From an uncultured Moraxella sp. (lineage in GTDB: Bacteria > Pseudomonadota > Gammaproteobacteria > Pseudomonadales > Moraxellaceae): 49,068 nucleotides of DNA. How positions within the stretch are numbered: position 1 is the first letter of the stretch; each line of letters begins with the position of its first letter. Position numbers and translations under genes: made by a program. This document shows positions 22,255-31,929 of the stretch, one piece after another. The notes under the pieces were generated by a model that worked only from the letters and a program-made list of their open reading frames with translations, was not told the DNA's origin and made no database searches. The stretch lies in assembly GCA_937975585.1 (NCBI GenBank), contig CALJUC010000037.1:1-49068 (forward strand), given 5' to 3'.

Positions 22255-22845
22255 TTATGGACAGCCTGTGGCCTGTTCACGATTCGGAATAATCTTGACG
22301 ATGCCGGTCATATTAAAGCTGACTTTCAGCATATTAGCCGTATTACCATTAGTAGGGCAGTATTTGATATGGCCGATAAAACCAATCGGACGACCACTAT
22401 CGGGTTTTAGAATAATAACCCCACCAGCTATCCCAAGCACTGTCCTTAAATTACCATACTTCAAAGAGAGCTTACGGCTATTATTGAGCTTGTCTGTACC
22501 CGCATCATAGGCTTGATTGTCATTCATATCGATAAATTCTAATAAAGATTCACCACCTGTTAGCACGCACGTTTGATTGGCATTAGCCACGCATAGTGTA
22601 ATCGGTTTTTGATAGATTAACGCATCCTGCTTACCCGTAATGATAAAAGACTTTAACTCATTAGCGGTATTCGTCGCTTCTAACAGCTGCAATTGGGGTA
22701 TTAGATAAGCCCCGCCCATACCGCCGATAATAGCCATAATCGCAATCGTAATGAGCATCTCAATCAGGGTAAAGCCTAAAGCCTGTTGAGATAATGATGG
22801 GGTGACGCGTAGGTAAGTTACTGAGACAGTAGTAGAGTTCATCAT
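22255..22845 (-). CDS. FimT/GspH-family minor pilin
   Basis: Prepilin cleavage motif G|FTLIEMLITIAIMAII with E5; Cys pair (LCV...TCV) and C-terminal YCP...GCP. Start placed at ATG 22845; the ORF track opens it at 22866. Confidence 0.85.
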   Translation of the reverse strand: MMNSTTVSVTYLRVTPSLSQQALGFTLIEMLITIAIMAIIGGMGGAYLIPQLQLLEATNTANELKSFIITGKQDALIYQKPITLCVANANQTCVLTGGESLLEFIDMNDNQAYDAGTDKLNNSRKLSLKYGNLRTVLGIAGGVIILKPDSGRPIGFIGHIKYCPTNGNTANMLKVSFNMTGIVKIIPNREQATGCP

Positions 22846-23262
22846 AAAACTTACCTTTAATGACAAAATTGGTAAAAAATTATCGAATTATACGATCTTA
22901 GAAATCTGTGAGAAAAGGCACAAAAAGCCTACATTAGGTTATATCAGTTGCCCAGAAAGATACCTAGAATAAAATATATTATAGAACAAAAGTTTTGTAT
23001 ATTAAAATTAATGTAGTTTTTGGTGACAAAAACTCGCCAGTATATGGCAAAGATTGACAAACTATATTAAAATCTGTGCGATAGCGAATATTTTAGTTGT
23101 ATTTAGATAGATTGTCATCGTAGGTTATGAATAGCAAGGCCTGATGCTATCGGATTTGGGCAAAGTTAATAGTTAATTAGTACCAAATTAATGGCTTGTT
23201 TTGTATTTAGATAACATATTGTGATAATCGTGTAATAATGTGTAGCAAAGCGAAAAAAACGG

Positions 23263-23291
23263 TTGTCATCTGATTTTTAACACGTTAAGCT
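23263..23291 (+). promoter_or_regulatory. Candidate sigma70 promoter of ompA/CD
   Basis: TTGTCA-17 bp-TAAGCT with an A-rich UP-like tract upstream. Confidence 0.6.
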
Positions 23292-23428
23292 ATCGTTAAG
23301 AACACGCATTAACTTGTTCACTTTTGTATAAACGAGCATTGCTGGCGTTGATGTATTAAGTAACAATTGATGTTAATTAGATGGTTAAACTAGAATTGCG
23401 AACTTAGATAATCCTTTGGAGGACTTCC

Positions 23429-24760
23429 ATGAAATTAAATAAAATTGCTCTTGCAATCGTTGCTGCGGCAACTATGCCAGTTGTGGCAAATGCCGGTGTT
23501 ACTATCACCCCATTAATCTTAGGTTACCACGTTGCTGAAAGCATTGAAGACACTGCTGACAAACAACGCGAAGTACTACGTACTGGTAAAAACCTTTATG
23601 TAAATAAAGATGGTAATTTTATTGATGATGCAAACGGTGCTCTTCCAGGTAATGGTCACCCAGATAATGGTGGTGTTGCGCTAGAAGACGGTCTATACAC
23701 GGGTGCGGGTATCGGTATCGAATTGACCCCAACTATCGCACTTGAATTAGAATACGGTGAAACTTCTGTAAACGCTGAAGCAAGTGAAGAATCAGCACAA
23801 GCTGGTGTAAACCGCTTTGACGCAAAACAAAAAATGTACTCAGGTAACTTCACTATCGGTACCGAAACGTTCACTGGCTACACCAACAGCCCATTCAAAC
23901 CATACATTTTAATCGGTGCCGGTGTATCTGATATCTCTGTTGAAAACCGTGAAGCAATCACTGCTACTAACGGTGGTGGTGCTACTTCACAAACTGGTTT
24001 AGTGAATCCACCAGCCGGTTCAGAAGTTGCAGAGTCTAAAGACACTATTGGTAACTTGGGTCTAGGTGCTTACTACCGTATCAACGACGCATTGAGCCTA
24101 CGTGGTGAAGCCCGTGCTATCCACAACTTCGACAACAACTGGTGGGAAGGTATGGCGTTGGCAGGTCTAAACGTTGTACTAGGTGGTCACTTAGCACCAG
24201 CTACCCCAGTAGTTGAACCAACCCCAGTTGCACCAGTTGTTGTAACTGACGGTGATGACGACCAAGACGGCGTATTGAACAGTGTTGACCAATGCCCAGG
24301 CACACCATTAAATGTAGTTGTTGACGCGAACGGCTGTCCAGTTCAAGTTAACATGGATGACGCATTGCGTATGGAATTGCGTGTATTCTTTGACACTGAC
24401 AAAGCTGTCATCAAAGATCAGTACAAACCAGAAATCCAAAAAGTTGCTGAAAAAATGAATGAATATCCAAATTCAACAGCTTCAATTGAAGGTCACGCAT
24501 CACGTATCAACGCACGTAGTAGCGCTGCTTACAACCAACGCTTGTCAGAAGCTCGTGCAAACGCGGTTAAATCAATGTTGGTTAACCAATTTGGTATCGC
24601 ACCGACTCGTATCAGCACTGTAGGTTACGGCTTCACTCGCCCAATCGCAGACAATAACACTGCTGAAGGTCGTGCAATGAACCAACGTGTATTTGCTATC
24701 ATCACTGGTAACAAAGCATCGACTACTGTTCAAACTAAAGACATGAACGTAACTCCATAA
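23429..24760 (+). CDS. ompA: OmpA-family major outer membrane protein (Moraxella OMP CD / OprF-like)
   Basis: Signal peptide ending ANA, beta-barrel, Pro/Val hinge, DDDQDGVLNSVDQCPGTP Ca-binding repeat, OmpA_C motif NQRLSEARANAVK; strongly biased codons; GGAGG RBS. Confidence 0.93.
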   Translation: MKLNKIALAIVAAATMPVVANAGVTITPLILGYHVAESIEDTADKQREVLRTGKNLYVNKDGNFIDDANGALPGNGHPDNGGVALEDGLYTGAGIGIELTPTIALELEYGETSVNAEASEESAQAGVNRFDAKQKMYSGNFTIGTETFTGYTNSPFKPYILIGAGVSDISVENREAITATNGGGATSQTGLVNPPAGSEVAESKDTIGNLGLGAYYRINDALSLRGEARAIHNFDNNWWEGMALAGLNVVLGGHLAPATPVVEPTPVAPVVVTDGDDDQDGVLNSVDQCPGTPLNVVVDANGCPVQVNMDDALRMELRVFFDTDKAVIKDQYKPEIQKVAEKMNEYPNSTASIEGHASRINARSSAAYNQRLSEARANAVKSMLVNQFGIAPTRISTVGYGFTRPIADNNTAEGRAMNQRVFAIITGNKASTTVQTKDMNVTP

Positions 24761-24783
24761 TATCAGTGAGTTATCGGTCTTAT

Positions 24784-24813
24784 AAAAAAAGCTACCTTCG
24801 GGTAGCTTTTTTT
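24784..24813 (+). terminator. Intrinsic terminator after ompA
   Basis: AAAAAAAGCTACC-TTCG-GGTAGCTTTTTTT. Confidence 0.92.
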
Positions 24814-25005
24814 GGTTTTGTCGAGTCAGGGTGTTTAACAAACGAGGTCTTGCGGTTAGTGACGCTTAAGATGCACTAGCTACCGTTTATTCACTGGCAT
24901 GCTTACCTTACAATTTAATTCACCTTATCGTCATTATAATCGTGTTATACTACCCCGCGTTTTTTTATATTCTATTAGTTAGCCCCCATTAAGAGCTATT
25001 TTTTT

Positions 25006-26844
25006 ATGTCAGATGCTATCAAAAATCTTCGCAATATTGCGATTATTGCCCACGTTGACCATGGTAAAACTACAATGGTTGATAAATTATTACAATATTC
25101 AGGTACTTTCGGTGAGCGTGCGGCTGAAGTCGAACGTGTCATGGACTCAAATGCGCTAGAACAAGAGCGTGGTATTACTATTCTTGCCAAAAACACGGCA
25201 ATTAAATGGACCAACCCAAAAGATGGTATTGAATACCGTATCAACATCGTAGACACCCCCGGCCACGCCGACTTTGGCGGTGAAGTTGAACGTGTAATGT
25301 CGATGGTTGACTGTGTCCTATTGTTGGTTGACTCGGTTGATGGCCCAATGCCACAAACCCGTTTCGTGACGCAAAAAGCGTTTGCCCGAGGTCTAAAACC
25401 AATCGTCGTTATCAACAAAATCGATAAGCCAAATGCACGTCCTGATTGGGTAATGGATCAAGTATTTGATTTGTTTGATAACTTGGGTGCAACAGATGAG
25501 CAATTGGAATTCCCAGTTGTCTATACTTCAGCGATTAACGGTATTGCCGGTCTAGAGCCGGATGCAATGGCTGAAGATATGCAGCCATTGTTTGAGACTA
25601 TCGTAAATATTGTTGAGCCACCGCAAGTTGATACCGATGGCCCATTCCAAATGCAAATCTCAAGCTTGGACTATGACAATTTTAAAGGTCTGATTGGTGT
25701 TGGTCGTATTCAACGTGGTTCGGTTAAAACCAATACCCCAGTAACCATTATTGATAAAGACGGTAACAAGCGTAACGGCCGTATTTTACAGATTATGGGT
25801 TATCATGGCCTTGACCGTATCGAAGTGCCAATGGCGCAAGCAGGCGATATCGTCTGTATCACCGGTATTGATGGTTTGAATATCTCAGACACGATTTGTG
25901 ATCCACAAAACGTTGAAGCCTTACCAGCGTTAAGCGTTGATGAACCAACCGTTTCGATGAACTTCCAAGTCAATAACTCGCCATTTGCGGGTAAAGAAGG
26001 TAAGTTTGTGACATCGCGTAATATTCGTGAGCGTCTAGAGCGTGAATTGATTCATAACGTGGCATTGCGTGTAGAAGACACGGACAGTCCTGATAAATTT
26101 AAAGTATCAGGCCGTGGTGAGCTGCATTTATCAGTATTGATTGAGAACATGCGCCGTGAAGGCTATGAGCTTGGTGTATCACGTCCGGAAGTTATCGTGC
26201 GTGAAATCGATGGTGAAAAACAAGAGCCTTACGAAAATGTCATCTTTGACGTTGAAGAACAACACCAAGGCGCTATTATGGAGCAAATGGGCTACCGTAA
26301 AGGCGAAATGACCAATATGGAAATCGACGGTAAAGGTCGTATCCGTATTGAGGCCGTTGTACCTTCTCGTGGCTTAATCGGTTTCCGTTCAGAGTTTTTG
26401 ACCATTACGTCTGGTACGGGTATTATGACCTCAAGCTTCTCACATTACGGCCCAGTAAAAGCCGGTGATGTGGCAAAACGTCAAAATGGCGTATTGGTTT
26501 CAATGGTCAATGGTACCGTATTGGGTTATGCGCTATTTACGCTACAAGAACGTGGCCGTCTGTTTGTATCACCACAAACAGAAGTCTATGAAGGTATGAT
26601 TGTCGGTCAAAACTCGCGTAGCGATGACATGGTGGTTAACCCAACCAAGGCGAAACAGTTGACCAACGTACGTGCTAGCGGTACCGATGATGCGATTGTG
26701 TTGACTCCACCAATTATCTTTACCCTGGAGCAAGCCCTTGAATTCATTGAAGATGATGAGTTGGTTGAAGTAACGCCAAAAGCGATTCGCCTACGTAAAA
26801 AATACTTGACTGAAAATGAGCGTAAGCGCCAAAGCCGTAAATAA
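25006..26844 (+). CDS. typA: Translational GTPase TypA/BipA
   Basis: RNIAIIAHVDHGKTT, GRGELHL, LTNVRASGTD. Confidence 0.97.
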   Translation: MSDAIKNLRNIAIIAHVDHGKTTMVDKLLQYSGTFGERAAEVERVMDSNALEQERGITILAKNTAIKWTNPKDGIEYRINIVDTPGHADFGGEVERVMSMVDCVLLLVDSVDGPMPQTRFVTQKAFARGLKPIVVINKIDKPNARPDWVMDQVFDLFDNLGATDEQLEFPVVYTSAINGIAGLEPDAMAEDMQPLFETIVNIVEPPQVDTDGPFQMQISSLDYDNFKGLIGVGRIQRGSVKTNTPVTIIDKDGNKRNGRILQIMGYHGLDRIEVPMAQAGDIVCITGIDGLNISDTICDPQNVEALPALSVDEPTVSMNFQVNNSPFAGKEGKFVTSRNIRERLERELIHNVALRVEDTDSPDKFKVSGRGELHLSVLIENMRREGYELGVSRPEVIVREIDGEKQEPYENVIFDVEEQHQGAIMEQMGYRKGEMTNMEIDGKGRIRIEAVVPSRGLIGFRSEFLTITSGTGIMTSSFSHYGPVKAGDVAKRQNGVLVSMVNGTVLGYALFTLQERGRLFVSPQTEVYEGMIVGQNSRSDDMVVNPTKAKQLTNVRASGTDDAIVLTPPIIFTLEQALEFIEDDELVEVTPKAIRLRKKYLTENERKRQSRK

Positions 26845-26887
26845 TACGGATTAGGCAGTTTATCGGATAATTCATACAAAGTAACAT

Positions 26888-26914
26888 AAAGCCTGTGACA
26901 CACAGGCTTTTTTT
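26888..26914 (+). terminator. Intrinsic terminator after typA
   Basis: AAAGCCTGTG-ACA-CACAGGCTTTTTTT. Confidence 0.85.
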
Positions 26915-27127
26915 ATTTATCATTGCTTAGTTTTTGTTTATAGTGCGGATAATATTAATCATATTATTGTTGATAGTATGCATTAATATCATAAAAAATT
27001 TAGCAATTTAATATTCGCTAACGTATTGTTTCTACTATACTAGTCTAGTAAGCAAGGGCGTAATTACTACTTTGATGTAACGAATGCTAACTAGCGACAA
27101 TACAATAAAGAATAGAAGGTACTTACT

Positions 27128-27559
27128 ATGAGTATGATGTCAGAATTTAAAGAATTTGCCCTTAAGGGTAACGTGATGGACTTAGCTGTCGGTGTGATTA
27201 TCGGTGGCGCGTTTGGCAAAATCACGACCTCGTTGGTTGAAGATATTATCATGCCGTTATTTTCGGCGGTGTTTGGTGGTCATCTTGACTTTACCAATAT
27301 GTTTGTCACATTGGGTGAAGTACCAGCAGGTACAGCCATGACCTATGATGCGCTAAAAAAAGCCGGTGTGCCAATGCTAGCTTATGGTAACTTTATTACC
27401 ATTTTAATTAACTTTATCATCTTGGCATTTGTGATTTTTATGTTGGTTAAAGCGATGAATCGTCTGCGCCGTCAAAGTGAAGCGCAAGTGCCGGCTGTAC
27501 CAGAGCCATCAGAAGAAGTACAATTACTGCGTGAGATTAGCCGTAAGTTAGACAAGTAA
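27128..27559 (+). CDS. mscL: Large-conductance mechanosensitive channel
   Basis: [24 protein letters not shown]; C-terminal LLREI. Confidence 0.97.
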   Translation: MSMMSEFKEFALKGNVMDLAVGVIIGGAFGKITTSLVEDIIMPLFSAVFGGHLDFTNMFVTLGEVPAGTAMTYDALKKAGVPMLAYGNFITILINFIILAFVIFMLVKAMNRLRRQSEAQVPAVPEPSEEVQLLREISRKLDK

Positions 27560-27585
27560 TTTGTGATAGCCTTTTTTCTTTTAAT

Positions 27586-27614
27586 GCCTTAACCCGTGTG
27601 TTAAGGCTTTTTTT
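27586..27614 (+). terminator. Intrinsic terminator after mscL
   Basis: GCCTTAAC...GTTAAGGC plus T7. Confidence 0.85.
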
Positions 27615-27698
27615 ATGGGGGATTCCTCGGCCAAGGACTTGCTTTTGCTATACTATGCACCTACTAAAACAAGGTAATGAGTAATTCATAGGCGAACA

Positions 27699-28997
27699 AT
27701 GACGCAACATATCATGGTATTAGGGGCAGGGGTGGTCGGTATTGCGACCGCATGGCAGCTACGACAAGCGGGATTTGATGTCACCGTGGTGGATCAAGAG
27801 TCAGCCGCAGCCATGCAAACCTCGTTTGCCAATGGCGGTCAAATTTCGGTATCGCATGCCACACCTTGGGCCAATCCTAGTACACCATTTAAGGCATTCA
27901 AATGGCTACTACGCGAGGATGCGCCGTTACTGTTTCGCTGGCAGCGGTTATTTGGTCGTGATGCTGATAGTCAGTTATGGCGTTGGGGATGGCAGTTTTT
28001 GCGTGAGTGTAACGCGTCACGTGCTGATGCCAACTTGGTACAGATGGTACGTTTAGGCTTGTACTCACGTCAGGTATTGGGTGAGGTGCGCGCCCAAACC
28101 GGTATTCAATATGATTGCTTAACGCGCGGGATTATGCACTTTTATACCAGTCAGGCTGAGTTTGATAGCGCGATTGCCCCGACCTATCGTATGCAAGAAT
28201 TGGGTTGTGACCGTCGTTTGATTTCAGTCGCAGAAGCAGTGGCGCTTGAACCAGCTTTGGCTAGTGTGACGGACAAACTTGTCGGTGCGACTTATACCGC
28301 GCTTGATGAATCAGGCGATGCCAAAGTATTTACCCAAAACTTGGCCACCCTGTGTCAGCAACAAGGTGTGAAGTTTTTATTCAACAAAAAGATTGAGCGT
28401 TTGTTGATGGAAAACCAACGTCTTACGGCGGTGAGTTTAGTTGATACGTTAACAGGTGAATCACAACCAGTCAGTGCGGATAGCTATGTGTTGGCGCTAG
28501 GTAGTTATAGCCCGCAGCTTGCCAAGCCGTTGGGGATTGATTTGCCGATTTATCCGGCCAAAGGCTATTCGGCCACTTATCCGGTCTTACAACCGGATAA
28601 AACCCCGTATGTGAGTCTCATTGATGATGAGTTTAAACTTGTGTATTCACGACTGGGTGAGCGTTTGCGAGTGGCAGGCACTGCGGAGTTTAATGGCTTT
28701 AGTTTGGCGTTAAATCCGGTGCGTTGTGAGGCTATTACTCACCGAGTGCGAGCAGTGTTTGGTGAAGCGGTAGACACGCATCAGCCGAATTATTGGACAG
28801 GGTTACGCCCGATGACCCCCTCAAATGTACCGATTATTGGTCGTGCGAGTAATCGCTTGGGACGTATTGATAATTTGTACTTAAATACCGGTCATGGCAC
28901 CTTGGGCTGGACGCATTCGAATGGCTCTGCTAAGGCAATGACCGATATTATCTTGGGCAAACATCCGGAAGTGGATTTTGATTTTGTCGGGCTTTAG
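27699..28997 (+). CDS. dadA: D-amino acid dehydrogenase (FAD-dependent)
   Basis: GAGVVG, TSFANGGQIS, IYPAKGYS, WTGLRPMTP, NTGHGTLGWT. Confidence 0.88.
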   Translation: MTQHIMVLGAGVVGIATAWQLRQAGFDVTVVDQESAAAMQTSFANGGQISVSHATPWANPSTPFKAFKWLLREDAPLLFRWQRLFGRDADSQLWRWGWQFLRECNASRADANLVQMVRLGLYSRQVLGEVRAQTGIQYDCLTRGIMHFYTSQAEFDSAIAPTYRMQELGCDRRLISVAEAVALEPALASVTDKLVGATYTALDESGDAKVFTQNLATLCQQQGVKFLFNKKIERLLMENQRLTAVSLVDTLTGESQPVSADSYVLALGSYSPQLAKPLGIDLPIYPAKGYSATYPVLQPDKTPYVSLIDDEFKLVYSRLGERLRVAGTAEFNGFSLALNPVRCEAITHRVRAVFGEAVDTHQPNYWTGLRPMTPSNVPIIGRASNRLGRIDNLYLNTGHGTLGWTHSNGSAKAMTDIILGKHPEVDFDFVGL

Positions 28998-29014
28998 CGG
29001 TTAGACCTTAGCCG

Positions 29015-30334
29015 TTAATTGTCGTTTGATGTAAGGGTGTCAGTGACTAAGCTTTCAGCAGGGAAAAACACCGTAAAGGTCGAACCTTTACCAAGCTTGG
29101 AGTTAACCGTTAGTTTGGCATGATGTTGGTACAATACGTGTTTGACAATCGCTAAGCCTAATCCGGTACCACCTGTTTCTCGGCTACGGCCACTATCAAC
29201 GCGATAAAAGCGCTCGGTTAAGCGGTTAATATGGCGTGGCTCAATACCGATGCCATTGTCTTCAACGCTAAAGCACACCCCATCTTCATACTTGTACCAA
29301 CTAATGCTAATTTCCCCACCGTTTGGCGTGTATTTGATGGCGTTGGTAATCAGGTTGCTTAGCGCGCTACGCAGGTAATCCTCATAGCCCCAAATGTGCT
29401 GTTGGCTATCGATATGCAAATGAATCAGATGGTCGAAGGTCTTGTTATACATTTGCGCGTCATCAAATAGCTGAGTCAGCAGCCTTGGCATATCAATGTT
29501 GGTCGCTTCTTTGGGTCTTTCTTGGTTTTCTAAACGCGATAACAATAACAAGTCATTGATAATGTTGTTCATGCGCTGACTTTGCTGCATCATTTGATTG
29601 AGTGCGCGCTGCCAACGCGGCTCTAAGTCTGGCTGTTCGCTTAATGTTTCGACATAACCCATAATCACAGTCAGTGGGGTGCGTAACTCATGCGAGACGT
29701 TGGCAACGAAGTCTTTACGCATCTGCTCAAGATGATGCATACGCGTGACATCATAGATAATCATGAGCTTTTCTTGCCCAAACGGGGTTATTTCACACTG
29801 ATAAAAGCGGTTATTGTCTGCAAGGCTGGTTAAGCGAATACCGTCAATAAATTTATCAATATCTTCATAATACTCATGAAATAACGGACTGCGTAAGATG
29901 GTGAGAATATGACGACCTTGGTCAGGTGCGGTTAAATTCAAAATTTGCGCAGCGGCCTGATTCCACCATTCAAGGCAGTTGTTATGGTCAATGAGTACCA
30001 CGGCATCCTGCAATGCGCTCAATGAACTACGAATCTTACGCACTAAGCCGATGGTCTGTTGGTGAGCCTTTTCTTGTTGGCGATTGACGTAATATAAGTG
30101 GTTGGCAATCACATCAAGGCTATGCTCAAGGCGTGGCGGGGGTTCATGACTATGACGGGTCGCCCACAACTTAAAGCGTTGCAGTGACCACAAAAAATAC
30201 AGTTGATACAATAATAAACCGGCAGCAAAGCCCCAAGCCATGTAGCCAAATAAGCCGCCAATCAGCAAACCGACTAAACTTGCGAATAATGCCGGCAAGA
30301 TAGCCGACCATAAATTAAGGGGTTTGCTAGTCAT
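29015..30334 (-). CDS. phoR: Phosphate regulon sensor kinase PhoR
   Basis: FVANVSHELRTPLTV, NAIKYT, LTERFYRVD, GGTGLGLAIVKH; follows phoB. Confidence 0.95.
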   Translation of the reverse strand: MTSKPLNLWSAILPALFASLVGLLIGGLFGYMAWGFAAGLLLYQLYFLWSLQRFKLWATRHSHEPPPRLEHSLDVIANHLYYVNRQQEKAHQQTIGLVRKIRSSLSALQDAVVLIDHNNCLEWWNQAAAQILNLTAPDQGRHILTILRSPLFHEYYEDIDKFIDGIRLTSLADNNRFYQCEITPFGQEKLMIIYDVTRMHHLEQMRKDFVANVSHELRTPLTVIMGYVETLSEQPDLEPRWQRALNQMMQQSQRMNNIINDLLLLSRLENQERPKEATNIDMPRLLTQLFDDAQMYNKTFDHLIHLHIDSQQHIWGYEDYLRSALSNLITNAIKYTPNGGEISISWYKYEDGVCFSVEDNGIGIEPRHINRLTERFYRVDSGRSRETGGTGLGLAIVKHVLYQHHAKLTVNSKLGKGSTFTVFFPAESLVTDTLTSNDN

Positions 30335-30355
30335 AATAAGTGGGCGTTACTCGGG

Positions 30356-31054
30356 TTAGTCAACTTTGTTAGAAAAGCGGTAGCCAGTGCCGCGTACGGT
30401 TTGGATGTAATCAGCAAACCCAAATGGCTCAAGTACCTTACGTAAGCGACGAATATGCACATCAATGGTGCGGTCTTCGACATACACATTGCCGCCCCAA
30501 ACTTGGTCTAATAACTGAGTGCGAGTATAAGCACGCTCTGGATGGCTCATAAAAAACGCCAATAAGCGATACTCAGTCGGGCCAATATCAACGGGTTTGT
30601 CATTGGCGCTGACGCGTTGGCTCGCTGGGTCTAGACTTAAACCACCGATATTAATCGGTTTATCGCCTGATAGCGCGCTACTACGACGGAGTACCGCTTT
30701 AATACGTGATACCAATTCACGGGTCGAAAACGGCTTGGTAATATAATCATCGGCACCGGCATCCAGACCTTGGACTTTATTATCCTCTTCGCCTTTGGCG
30801 GTCAGCATAATAATCGGAATCTCAGATAGCATATCATCTTTTTTAAGACGGCGGCATAAATCAATGCCAGATAAACCATTGGGTAACATCCAATCGAGTA
30901 AAATCAAATTCGGACGATGGTCAACGACTAAGTGATGCGCTTGTGCTACCTCAGATGCTTGTAAACAATCAAATCCTGCCATTTCCAAGGTGGTGACAAT
31001 CATTTCACGGATAGCAGGCTCGTCTTCAACGACCAAGATAGTTTCATTTTTCAT
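30356..31054 (-). CDS. phoB: Phosphate regulon response regulator PhoB
   Basis: LLDWMLP, GPTEYRLL, VWGGNVYVEDRTIDVHIRRLRK, QTVRGTGYRFS. Confidence 0.97.
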   Translation of the reverse strand: MKNETILVVEDEPAIREMIVTTLEMAGFDCLQASEVAQAHHLVVDHRPNLILLDWMLPNGLSGIDLCRRLKKDDMLSEIPIIMLTAKGEEDNKVQGLDAGADDYITKPFSTRELVSRIKAVLRRSSALSGDKPINIGGLSLDPASQRVSANDKPVDIGPTEYRLLAFFMSHPERAYTRTQLLDQVWGGNVYVEDRTIDVHIRRLRKVLEPFGFADYIQTVRGTGYRFSNKVD

Positions 31055-31120
31055 AGCAATCTCAGGGTAACGGTGGGCAATAATGGCAGGTGGGCAAGGT
31101 CATATTGTCAATGGTAGATT

Positions 31121-31171
31121 ATGACAGCAATATTACAACCGGAAAATGTGACAAGAATATGACAATGACAA
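31121..31171 (-). promoter_or_regulatory. Tandem Pho boxes upstream of phoB
   Basis: Minus strand has TTGTCAT-ATTC-TTGTCAC (31165-31148) and TTGTAAT-ATTG-CTGTCAT (31138-31121), plus an extra TTGTCAT half-site; these match CTGTCAT-N4-CTGTCAY. Confidence 0.85.
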
Positions 31172-31236
31172 AACTTTAGTCTGCCTTATCATTTGTTTAG
31201 ATGGACACGATGAAGTTGCTAAGTAAAGTCGAGGCA

Positions 31237-31677
31237 TTAGTTGAGTTCAAATAAGAAGTTAATCGGGCCATCATTACAGCTTGATACCTGCATATTGGCA
31301 CCGAATTCACCCGTGGCGATGGTAGCGTGCTGCTGTTTGGCATACGCAATAATGTCATCAAACATCGGCTTTGCTAGGGTTGGGTGCATGGCTGGTTTAA
31401 AATCAGGACGACGCCCGTTTTGCGTATTGGCAAGTAGGGTGAACTGCGATACCAATAATAAGCCGCCGCCCACGTCTTGGACGTTTTTATCCATTTTTCC
31501 TTGTTCATTTTCAAAGATACGATAGGTGAGGATTTTATCAATCATCTTTTTGCCGATGTCTAGCGTATCATCATGTCCAAGCCCAAGATAAACCAAAACC
31601 CCTTGGTCAATAGCGCCTATAAGTTGGCCATCGACATGAACATTGGCAAAGGTGACGCGTTGAATCACGGCTTTCAT
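31237..31677 (-). CDS. dtd: D-aminoacyl-tRNA deacylase
   Basis: MKAVIQRV, SQFTL, GRRP, NDGPI. Confidence 0.97.
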   Translation of the reverse strand: MKAVIQRVTFANVHVDGQLIGAIDQGVLVYLGLGHDDTLDIGKKMIDKILTYRIFENEQGKMDKNVQDVGGGLLLVSQFTLLANTQNGRRPDFKPAMHPTLAKPMFDDIIAYAKQQHATIATGEFGANMQVSSCNDGPINFLFELN

Positions 31678-31749
31678 AGGAATTCCTTGAGGGTGTGTGT
31701 ATAATATCGCGGTGTCTGATTATAAAGACTACTGGCATAAAAGCCAATT

Positions 31750-31855
31750 TATAGTCTTTTAAATTCACTTTAATACTTCGTCAAGCTCGCTTGCTGTACT
31801 ATTTGTACTATCTGCGCTCGCTTTCCTTGTCCTAAAATGAATTTATTTGACTATA
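31750..31855. mobile_element. Correia/NEMIS-like MITE, copy A (106 bp)
   Basis: TATAGTC...GACTATA ends with ~23-bp imperfect TIRs and terminal TA; core GCTGTACTATTTGTACTATCTGCG resembles the short Correia element core. Confidence 0.8.
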
Positions 31856-31929
31856 TCTTGTCTATGACCTTGTGATGCCGATTTTTAAGCCTATTATTTG
31901 TTATAGCCTACTATTCTTTAGAGCCTATT

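Noticed and set aside
24244-24340. Asp-rich, Cys-containing repeat within OmpA
   Set aside because: This is a standard thrombospondin type 3-like linker of OprF/OMP CD proteins and is not novel.
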